A stretch of 64,000 nucleotides of DNA from the human T2T-CHM13v2.0 reference genome, Homo sapiens, in assembly GCF_009914755.1 (NCBI RefSeq), contig NC_060943.1; one strand, 5' to 3'. This document shows, piece after piece, positions 1 to 12,100 of this stretch (its first letter is position 1; each line of letters begins with the position of its first letter). Under the pieces are notes generated by a model that was not told where the DNA came from, searched no databases, and saw only the letters and a program-made list of their open reading frames with translations. A program made the translations under genes and the position numbers.

Positions 1-163
1 GATAGTTTACTGAGTATGATGATTTCCTATTTCATCCATGTCCCTAGAAAGGACATGAACTCATCATTTTTTATGGCTGCATAGTATTCCACGGTATAGA
101 TGTGCCACATTTTCTTAATCCAGTCTATCACTGTTGGACTTTTGGGTTGGCTACAAGTCTTTG
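1..163 (-). mobile_element. LINE-1 (L1PA) fragment, ORF2 C-terminal region; 5'-truncated, continues off the left edge
   Basis: Reverse complement matches the L1 copies in this window (~18148-18310 and ~28221-28380), e.g. ggacatgaactcatcattttttatggctgcatagtattcc. It switches abruptly to alpha satellite after caagtctttg. Confidence 0.93.
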
Positions 164-3100
164 TGTTTTGAAACACTCTTTTTGAAGAATCTGCAAGTGG
201 ATATTTGGAGAGTTTTGAGGCCTATTGTGGAAAAGGAAATATCTTCATATTAAAACTACACAGAAGCATTCTGAGAAACTTCTTTGTGATGTGGGCATTC
301 ATCCAATACAGTTGAACTTTTCTTTTGATTGAGCAGTTTTGAAAAACTTTTTTTGTAGAATCTACAAGTGGATATTTGGAGAGCTTTGAGGCCTATTGTG
401 GAAAAGGAATTATCTTCACTTAAAAACTACACAGAAGCATTCTGAGAAACTTCTTTGCAATGTTCACATTCATCTCACAGAGTTGAACTTTCGATTTGAC
501 TGAGCATTTTTGAAACACTCTTTTTGTAGAAACTGCAAGTGGATATTTGGACCGCTTTGAGGCCTATTGAGGAAAATGAAATATCTTCACATAAAAACTA
601 CACAGAAGCATTCTGAGAAACTTATTTGTGATGTGTGCATTCAACTCACAGAGTTAAATTTATCTTTTCATTGAGCAGCTTTGAAACTTTCTATTTGTAG
701 CATCTGCAAGTGGATAATTGGAGTGCTTTGAGGCCTATTGTGGAAAAGAAAATATGTTCATATTAAAGCTACACAGAAGCATTCTGAGAATCTTCTTTGC
801 GATGTGTGCATTCATCTCCCAGAGTTGAACTTTTCTTTTGATTGAGCAGTTTTGAAACACTCTATTTGTAGAATCTGCAAGTGGATATTTGGAGTGCTTT
901 GAGGCCTATTATGGAAAAGTAAATATCTTCACATAAAAACTACACAGATGCATTCTGGGAAATTTCTTTGCGATTTGTGCACCCATCTCACAGACTTGAA
1001 ATTTCTTTTGATTGAGCAGTTTGGAAACACTCTTTTTGTAGAATCTGCAAGTGGATATTTGGAGTGCTTTGAGGCCTATTATGGAAAAGTAAATATCTTC
1101 ACATAAAAACTACACAGATGCATTCTGGGAAATTTCTTTGTGATTTGTGCACCCATCTCACAGACTTGAAATTTCTTTTGATTGAGCAGTTTGGAAACAC
1201 TCTTTTTGTAGAATCTGCAATTGGATATTTGGAGTGCTTGGAGGCATTTAGTGGAAAAAGAAAAAACTTCACATAAAAACTAGATGGAAGCGTTCTCAGA
1301 AACTACTTTATGATGTGTGTGTTCAACTCACAGAGTTGAACATTTCTTTTGATGGAGCAGCTTGGAAACACTCTTCTTGTAGTATCTACAAAGGATATTT
1401 GGAGCACTTGGAGGCCTGCAGCTGAAAAGGAAATAATTTCACATAAACACTAGACAGAAGCATTCTGAGAAACTTCTTTGTGATGTGTGCATTTATCTCA
1501 CAGAGTTGAACTGTTCTTTTGCTTGATCAGTTTTGAAACACTCTTCCTGTAGTATCTGCAAGTGGATATTGGGAGCACTTTGTGGCCTATTGTGGAAAAG
1601 AAAATATCTTCACATAAAAACTACACAGAAGCACTCTGAGAAACTTCTTGAACCTATCTATTGATTGAGCAGTTTTGAAATTCTCTTTTTATAGAATCTG
1701 CATTTGGATGTTTGAAGGACCTTGTGGCTATTGGTAGAAAAGGAAATATCTTCACACAAAAACTACACAGAAGCATTCAGAGAAACTATTTTGTGATGCG
1801 TGCATTGATCTCACAGAGTTTAATCTTTCTTTTAATTGAGCGGCTTTCAAAAACTCTTTTTGTAGAATCTGCAAGTGGATATTTCGGGCGCTTTCAGGCC
1901 TATTGTGGAAAAGGAAATATTTTCACATAAAAACTACACCAAAGCATCCTTAGAAACTTCTTTGGGATGTTTGCCTTTATGTCACAGAGTTGAACCTTTC
2001 TTTTGATTGAGCAGTTTTGAAACACACTTTTTGTAGAATCTTCAAGGAGATAGTTGGAGCCCTTTTCGGCCAATGGTGGAAAAGGAAATATCTTCATATA
2101 AAAACTACACAGAAGCATTCTGAGAAACTACTTTGAAACGAGGGCATTCATCTCACCGAGTTGAAAATTTCTTTGGGTTGAGCAGTTTTGAACGACTCAT
2201 TTTGTAGTATCTGCAAGGGCATATTTCTAGTATTTTTTGGCCTATTGTGGAAAATGAAATACCTTCCCATAAAAACAACACAGAAGCATTCTGAGAATTT
2301 TTTTGTGATGTGTGCATTCATCTCACAGAGTTGAAAATTTCTTTGATTGAGCAGTTTTAAAATACTCTTTCTATGGAATCTGCGAGTGGATATTTGGAGC
2401 GCTTTAAAGCCTTTTGTGTAAAAGGAAATATCTTCACATAAAAACTACACAGAAGCATTCTGAGAAACTTCTTTGTGATGTGTGCATTCATCTCACCGAG
2501 TTGAACCTTTCTTTTCATTGAGCAGTTTGGAAACTCTCTTTTTGTAGAGTATGCAAGTCGATTTTTGGAGCAATTTGTGGCGTATGGTGGAAAAGAAAAT
2601 ATCTTCACATAATATATACATGGAAGCATTCTGAGAAACTTCTTTGTGATGTGTGCATTCAACTCAAAGAGTTGAACCTATGTTTGAGTAGTTTTAAAAC
2701 TCTCTTTTTCTAGAATTTGCAAGTGGATATTTGGAGCCATTTGTGGCCTGTGGTGGAAAAGGAAATATCTTCACATAAAAACTACACAGAAGCTTTCTGA
2801 GAAACTTCCTTGAGATGTACGCATTCATCTCACAGAGTTGAACATTTCTTTTGATTGAGCAGTTTTGAAACACTCTTTTTGTAGAATCTGCATGTCGATG
2901 TTTGGAGTGCCTTGAGGTCTGTTGTGGAAAAGGAAGTATCTTCATATCAAAACTACACAGAAGCATTCTGAGAAACTTCTTTGTGATGCATGTATTCTTC
3001 TCACAAGGTTGAACCTCTCTCTTGATTGAGCGATTTTGAAACACTCCTTTTGTAGAATCTGTAACTGGATATTTGGAGTGCTTTGAGGCCTATTAAGGAA

Positions 3101-6100
3101 AAGGAAATATCTTCACATAAAAACTGCACAGAAACATTCTGAGAAACTTCTTTGTGATGCGTGCCTTCATCTCAAGGAGTTGAACTTTTCTTTTGATTGA
3201 GCAGTTTGGAAACACACTTTTTGTATAATCTGCAAGTGGGTATTTGGAAAACTTTGAGGCCTATTGTGGAAAAGGAAATATCTTCACATAAAAACTACAC
3301 AGAAGCATTCTGAGTAACTTCTTTGTGATGTGTGCATTCAACTCACAGAGTTGAACCTCCCTTTTTTGGGGGGCAGTTGTGAAACTCTCTTTTTGTAGAA
3401 TATGCAAGTGGATATTTGGAGCTCTTTGAGGCCTGTTGTGGAAAAGGAAATATCTTCACATAAATACTACGTGGAAGCATTCTGAGAAACTTCTTTGCAA
3501 TGTGTGCATTCATCTCACAGAGTTGAACGGTTATTTTGATTGAGCAATTTGGAAACACACATTTTGTGGAATATGCAAGTGGATATTTGGAGCGCTTTGA
3601 GGTCTGTGGTGCAAAAGGGAATATCTTCACATAAAAACTACAGAGAAGCATTCTTAGAAACTTCTTTGTGATTTGTGCATTCATCTCACAGAGGTGAACC
3701 TTTCTTTTTATTGAGCAGTTTTGAAACTCTCTTTTTCTAGGATCTGCAAGTGCATATTTGGAGTGCTTTGAGCTCTTTTTTGGAAAAGGGAATATCTTCA
3801 CATAAAAACTACACAGAAGCATTCTGAGAAACTTCTTTGTGATGTGTTCATTCATCTCACAGAGTTGAACCTTTATTTTGATTGAGCAGTATTGAAACAA
3901 TCTTTTTGTAGAATCTGAAAGTGAATATTTGGAATGCTTTAAGGCCTAATGTGGAAAAGGAAATATCTTCATATAAAAAGTGCACAGAAGCATTCTGAGA
4001 AACTTCTCTGTGACGCGTGCATTCATCTCAAAGAGTTGAAACTTTCTTTTTATTGATCAGTGTTGAAACACTGTTTTTGTAGAATCTGTAAGTGGATATT
4101 TGGAGCGCTTTGAGGCCTAATGTGGTAAAGTAAATATTTTCACATAAAAGCTACACAGAAGCATTCTGAGAAACTTCTTTGTGATGTGTGCATTCATCTC
4201 AAAGAGTTGAAGCTTTCTTTTGATTGACTAGTTTTGAAACACTCTTTTTGTAGAATCTGCAAGTGGATATTTGGAGCGCTTTTAGGCCTATCGTGGTAAA
4301 GGAAATATCTTCACATAAAAACAACACAGAAGCATTCTGAGAAACTTCTTCATGATGTGTGCATTCATCACATGGAATTAAACCTTTCTGTTGATTGAGC
4401 ACATTTGAAACACACTTTTTGCAGAATCTGCAAGTGGATATTTGGAACGCTTTGGCGCCTCCTGTGGAAAAGGAAATATCTTCATATAAAAAGTATACAG
4501 AAGCATTCTGAGAAACTACTTTGTGATGCGTGCCTTCATCTCACAGAGTGGAACCTTTCTTTTGATTGAGCAGTTTTGAAACACTCTTTTTGTAGAATCT
4601 GCAAATGGATAATTAGACCTCTTTGAGGCCTTTTGTGGAAAAATGAATATCTTCACATAAAAACTACACAGAAGCATTCTGAGAAACTTCTTTATGATGT
4701 GTGCATTCAATTCACGGAGTTGAACCTATCTTTTGATTGAGGGGTTTTGAAACTCTCTTTTTGTAGAATCTGCAACTGGATATTTAGAGCCCTTTGAAGC
4801 CAATGATAGAAAAGGAAATATCTTCATATAAAAACTACACAGAGGCATTCTGAGAAACTTCATTGTTATGTGTGCAATCATTTCACAGAGTTTAACGTTT
4901 CCTTTGATAGAGCAGTTGTGAAACACTCTTTTTGTAGCATCTGCAAGAGGATATTTGGAGCGCTTTGAGGCCTATTGTGGTAAAATAATTATCTTCAAAT
5001 AAAGCTACACAGAAGTATTCTGAGAAACTTCTTCGTGATTTGTGCATTCATCTCACAGAGTTGAACATTTCTTACTATTGAGCAGTTTTGAATCACACTT
5101 TTTGCAGAATCTGCAAGTGCATATTTGGAGAGCTTTGGGGCCCATGGTGGAAAAGGAAATATCTTCATATAAAAACTACACAGAAGTATTCTGAGAAACT
5201 TCTTTGTGAAGTGTGCATTAATCTCACAGAGTTGAACCTTACTTTTGATTGAGCAGTTGGGAAACACACTTTTTGTATAATCTGCAACTGGATATTTGGA
5301 ACGCTTTGAGGCCTCTTGCGGAAAAGGAAATATCTTCATGTAAAAACTACACAGAGCATTCTGAGAAATTTTTTTGCGAAGTGTGCATTCATTTCACAGA
5401 GTTGAACCTTACATTTGATTGAGCAGTTTGGAAACACTCTTTTTTTGGAAACTGCAAGTGGATATTTGAAGCGCTTTCACATCCATGGTGCAAAAGGGAC
5501 TATCTTCACATAAAAACTACACAGAATCATTCTGAGAAACTTCTTTGTGATGTGTGCATTCAACTCACAGAGTTAAACTTTTCTTTTGATTGAGCAGTTT
5601 GGAAACATCCTTTTTGTAGAATCTGCATGTGGATATTTGGGACGCTATGAGGCCTACTGTGGAAAAGGAAATATCTTTTTGTAAAATCTACAGAGAAGCA
5701 TTCTGAGAAACTTCTTGTCATGCGTGCATTCATCTCACAGATTTGAAGCTTTCTTTTGATTGAGCAGTGTGGAAACCCTCTTTTTGTAGAATCTGCAAGT
5801 GGATATTTGGAGCGCTTTGAGGTCTATTCTGGAAAAGGAAGTATCTTCACATAAAAACTACACAGAATCATTCTGAGAAACTTCTTAAAGATCTGTGCAT
5901 TCATCTCACAGAGTTGAACATATCTTTTAATTGTGCAGTTCAAGAACTCTCTTTTTGTAGAATCTGTAAGTGGATACTTAGAGAGCTCTGAGTCTTGTGG
6001 TGGAAAAGGAAATATCTTAACTTAATAATGACACAAAATCATTTTGAGAAAATTCTTTTGATGTGTGCATTCAACTCACAGATTTGAGCCTATCTTTTGA

Positions 6101-9100
6101 TTGAGCACTTCTGAAACTCTCTTTTTGTAGAATCTGAATGTGGATATCTGGAGCCCTATGCGGTCTGTGGTAGAAAAAGAAACATCTTCACATAAAAACT
6201 ACACGGACGAATTCTGAAAAACTTCTTTGTGATGTGTGCATTCATCTCACAGAGTTGAACCTTCCTTTTGATTGAACAGTTTTGAAACAATCTTTTTGTA
6301 GAATCTGCAAGTGGATATTTGGAACGCTTTGAGGCCAATTGTGGAAAAGGAAATATCTTCATATAAAAACTGCACAGAATTATTCTGAGAAACTACTTTT
6401 TGATGTGTGCATTCAACTCACATAGTTGAACCTACTTTTTGATTTAGCAGTTTTGAAACACTCTTTTTGTAGAATCTGCAAATGTATATTTAGAGTCATT
6501 TGTGGACTATGGTGGAAAATGAAATATCTTCACATAAAAACTACACAGAAGCATTCTGAGAAACTTCTTTGTGATGCTTGCATTCAACACACAGAGTTGA
6601 AACTTTCTTTTGATTGAGGAATTTTGAAACACTCTTTTTGTAGAATCTGAAAGTGGATATTTGGAGTGCTTTGTGGCCTAAGGTGGAAAAGGAAATATCT
6701 TCACATAAAAACTACAAAGAATCATTCTGAGAAACTTCTTTGTGATGTGTGCATTCATCTCACAGAGTTGAAACTTCCTTTTGATTGAGCAGTTTTGAAA
6801 CTCTGTTTTTGTGGAATCTGCAACTGGATATTTGGAGCCCCTTGCAGCCTATGGTGGAGAAGGAAATATCTTCAAATAAAAACTACACAGAAGCATTCTG
6901 ATAAACTTCTTTGTGATGTGTGCATTCTTCTCACAGGATTGAACCTCTCTCTTGACTGAGCAGTTTTGAAACACTCTATCTGGAGAATCTGCACGTGGAT
7001 ATTGGAAGCGCTTTGAGGCATATTGTGGAAAATGTAATATCTTCACATAAAAACTACACAGAAGCATTGTGGGAAACATCTTTGTGATGTGTGCATTCAT
7101 CTCATAGAGTGGAACCTTTCTTTTGATTGAGTTGTTTTGAAACACTCTTTTTGTACAGTCTGCAAGTGGATATTTGGAGGGCTCTGAGGCCTGTCGTGGA
7201 AAAGGAAATGTCTTCACAGAAAAACTGCACAGAAGCATTCTGAGAAACTTCTACACCGTGAGTGCATTCATCTCACAGAGTTGAACTTATCTTTTGATAG
7301 AGCAGTTTTTATACTCTCTTTTGGTAGAATCTGCAAGTGGATAATTGGAGCCTTTGTGGGCTACATTGGAAAAGGAAATATCTTCCAATATAAACTACAC
7401 AGAAACATTCTGAAAAAATTCTTCGTGATGTGTGTATTCATCTCACAGAGTTGAACCTTTCTTTGATTTAGAAGTTTTGAAACACTCTTTCTTTAGAATC
7501 TCCAAGTGGATATTTGGAGCGCTTTGCGGCCTATTGTGGAAAAGGAAATATCTTCCCATAAAAAATACACAGAAGCATTCTGAGGAATATCATTGTGATG
7601 TGGGCATTCATCTCACAGAGTTGAGCGTTTCGTTTGATTGAGCAGGTTTGAAATACTCTTTTTGTAGAGTTTGCAAGTGGATATTTGGAGCACTTTGAGG
7701 GTTACAGTGGAAAAGGAAATATCTTCAAATAAAAACTACACAGAAGCATTCTGAGGAACTAATTTGTGATGTGCACATTCAACTCACAGAATGGAACCTT
7801 TCTTTGGATTGAGCAGCTTTGGAACACTCTTTTTGTAGAATCTACAAAATGGATATTTGGAGCGCTTTAAGGCCTTTTGTCGAAAAGGAAATATCTTCAC
7901 ATAAAACCTGCACAGAAGTATTCTCAGAAACTTCTTTCTGATGTGTGCATTCATCTCACAGAGTTGAACCTTTCTTTTGATTGAGCAGTTTTGAAACACT
8001 CTTTTTGTAGAATCTGCAAGTTTTATTTGGAGCACTTTGATGCCTGTGGTGGAAAAGGGTATATCTTCACATAAAATTACACAGAAGCGTTCTGAGAAAC
8101 TTCTTTGTGATGTGTGCATTCGACTCACAGAGTTGAACCTATCTTTTGATTGAGCAGGTTTGAAACTCTCTTTTTGTAGAATCTCCAAGTGGATATTTTG
8201 AGCCTTTGTGGCCTATGGTGGAAAAGGAAATATCTTCCAATAAAAACTAAACAGAAGCATTCTGAGAAACTTGTTTATGATGTGTGCATTCACCTCACCG
8301 ACTTGAATCTTTCTTTGGATTGAGCAGCTTTGAAAAACTATTTTTGTAGAATCTGCAAGTGAATATTTGAGCACTTTGATTCCTACGGTGGAAAATGAAA
8401 CATCTTCACATGAAAACTAGACAGAAGCATTCTGAGAAACTTCTATGTGATGTGTGCATTCCACTGACAGAGTTGAAACTATCTTTTGATAGTGCAGTAT
8501 TGAAACTCTCCTTTTGTAGAATCTGCAAGTGGAAATTTGGTAGACCTTTGCAGCCAATGGTGGAAAAGAGAATATCTTCACAGAAAAATTACATAGAAGT
8601 ATTCTGAGAAACTTCTTTGTGATGTGTGCAATCATCTCACAGAGTTGAACTTTTCTTTTGATTGAGCAGTTTTGAAATATTCGTTTTGTAGAATCTGCAT
8701 GTGAATATTTGGAGCGCTTTGAGGCCTATGTTGGAAAATGAAATATCTTCATAAAAAAATTACATGGAGACATTCTAAGAAACTTCTTTGTGATGTGTGC
8801 ATTCAACTGACAGAGCTGAACTTATCTTTTGATAGAGCAGTTTCTAAACTCTTTTTATATAATCTGCAATTGGATATATGGAGCCCTTAGAGGCCTGTGG
8901 TGGAAAAGAAAATATCTTCACATAAAAACTACACAGAAGAATTCTGAGAAACTTCTTTGTGATGTTGCATTCATGTCACAGAGTTGAACCTTTCTTTTGA
9001 TTGAGCAGTTAGCAAACACTCTTTTTTTAGAATCTGCAAGTGGCTATTTTGAGCGCCTTGAGGCCTATTGTGGAAAATGAAATATCTTCACATAAAAACT

Positions 9101-12100
9101 ACACAGAAGCATTCTGAGAAACTTCTTTGTGATGTGTGTATTCACCTCACAGTGTTGACACTGTCTTTTGATTAAGCAAGTTTGAAATACTCTTTTCGTA
9201 GAATCTGCAAATGAACGTTTTGAGCGCTTTGAGGCTTATGGTGGAAAAGGAAACATCTTCACATAAAAATTACACAAAATTCTTCTGAGAAACTTCATTG
9301 TGATTTGTGCATTCAACTCACAGAGTTGACCTTCTCTTGTGATAGAGCAGTTTTCACTCTCTTTTTCTATAATCTGAAAGTGGATATTTGGAGCCCTTTG
9401 AGGCCTATTGTGGAATATGAAATATCTTCATATAAAAACCACACAGAAGCATTCTGAGAAACATCTTTGTGATGTGTGCATTCAACTCAGAGAGTTGAAC
9501 CTTTCTTTTGACAGAGCAGTTTTGAAACTCTCTTTTTGTAGAATCTGCAAGTGGTTATTTGGAGCCATGTCCTGCCAATGGTGGAAAAGGAAATATCTTC
9601 CCATAAATACTACACAGAAGCATTCTGAGAAACTTCATTGTGATGCGTGCATTCATCTTAAAGAATTGAACCTATCTTTTGATATAACAGTTTTGAAACA
9701 CTCTTTTTGTAGAATCTGCAAGTGGATAATTGGAGCCCTTTGAGGTCTATGGTGGAAAAGGAAATATCTTCCCATAAAAATTACACAGAAGCATTCTGAG
9801 GAACATCTTTGTGATGTGGGCATTCATCTCACAGAGTTGAAACTTTCTTTTGATTGAGCAGTTTTGAAACATTCTTTTTGTAGAATCTGCAAGTGGATAT
9901 TTGGAGCACTTTGGGTCCTATGGTGGAAAAGGAAATGTCTTCATATAAAAACTGCACAGAAGCATTCTGACAAACACTTTTGTGATGTGTGTATTCAATT
10001 CGCAGAGTTCAACCTGTCTTATGATAGAACAGTTTTGAAACTCTCCTTTTGTAGAGTCTGCAACCGTATATTTGGAGCCCTTTGTGGACGATGTTGGAAA
10101 AGGAAATATCTTCCATAAAAATTACACAGCAGCATTCTGAGGAACTTCTTTGTGATGTGTGCATTCATCTACGAAAGTTGAACCTTTCATTTGATTGAGC
10201 AGTTTTGAAACACTCTTTTTGTAGATCTGCAAGTGGATATTTGGAGCGATTTGAGGCCTGTTGTGGGAAAGGAAATATCTTCACATAAAATCTACACTGA
10301 AACATTCTTACAAACATCTTTTTGATGTGTCCATTCATCACACAGAGTTTAACATTTCTTTTGATTGTACAGTTTGGATATACACTTTTTGTAGAATCTG
10401 CAACTGGATATTTGGAGAGCTTTGAGGCCTTTTGTCGAAAAGAAAATATCTTCACATGAAATCTGCACAGAAGTATTCTCAGAAACTTCTTTCTGATGTG
10501 TCCATTCATCTCACAGAGTTGAACTTTTCTTTTGATTGAACAGTTTTGAAACACTCTTTTTGTAGAATCTGCAAGTTTTATTTGGAGCACTTTGATACCT
10601 ACAGTGGAAAAGGATATATCTTCACATTAAAAACTACACAGAAGCATTCTGAGAAACTTCTTTGTGGTGTGTGTATTCATCTCACAGAGTTGAACCTATC
10701 TTTTGATTGAGCAGATTTGAAACTCTCTTTTTGTAGAATCTCCAAGTGGATATTTTGAGCCTTTGTGGCCTATGGTTGAAAAGGTAATATCTTCCAATAA
10801 AAACTACAAAGAAGCTTTCTGAGAATCTTGTTTATGATATGTGCATTTACCTCACAGATTTGAACCTTTCTTTGGATTAAGCAGTTTTGAAAAACTCTTT
10901 TGTAGAATCTGCAAGTGGATATTTAAGCACTTTGATTCCTATGGTGGAAAAGGAAATATCTTCACATAAAAACTAGACAGAAGCATTCTGAGAAACTTCT
11001 ATGTACTGTGTGCATTCCACACACAGAGTAGAAACTATCTTTTGATAGTACATTATTGAAATTCTCCTTTTGTAGAATCTGCAAGTGGATATTTGGAGCT
11101 CTTTGAGGCCAATGATGGAAAAGGATCTTCCAATAAAAACAACAAAGAAGCATTCTGAGACACTTCCTTGTGAGGTGTGCGTTCATACCCAGAGTTGAAC
11201 TTTTCCTTTAATTGAGCAGTTTGGAACACCTTTTTGTAGAATCTACAAGTGGATATTTGTAGCACTTTGAGGGCTATGTTGGAAAAGAAAATATCTTCAC
11301 ATAAAAACTACACAGAAACCTTCTGAGAAACTTCTTTGTGATGTGTGCATTCATCACATGGAGTTGAACCTTTCTTTTGATTGAACAGTTTGGAAACACT
11401 CTTTTCATAGAATCTGCAAGTGGATATTTGGAGTGCTTTGAGGTGTATTGTGGAAAAGGATATATCTTCACATAAAAACTAGACAGAAGCATTCTCAGAA
11501 ACTGCTTTGTGATGTGTGCATTCACCTCACAGACTGGAACCGTTCTTTTGATAGAGCAGTTTTGACACAGTCTTTTAGTAGAATCTGGAAGTGAATAGTT
11601 GGATCCCTTGAAGGCCTATTGTGGAAAAGGAAATATCTTCAAATGAAAACTACACAGAAGCATTCTGAGAAACCACTTTGTGATGTGTGCAACAACTCAC
11701 AGAGTTGAACCTATCTTTTGATAGAGCAGTTTTGAAACTCACTTTTTGTAGAATCCCCAAGTGTATATTTGGAACCCTTTGCGTCCTATGGTGGAAAAGG
11801 AAATATCTTCCCATAAAAACTACACAGAAGCATTCTCAGAAACTTCTTTGTGATGTGTGCATTCAACTCAAAGAGTTGAAACTATCTTTTTATAGAGCAG
11901 TTTTGAAACTCTCTTTTTGAACAATCTGCAAGTGGATATTTGGAGTGCTTTGAGGCCTTTTGTGGAAAAGGAAATATCTTCACATAAAAACTATACAGAA
12001 GCATTTTCAGAAAATTCTTTGTGGTGTGAGCATTGATCTCACAGAGTTGAACCATTTTTTGATTGAGCACTTTGGAAACACTCCTATAGTAGAATCTGCA

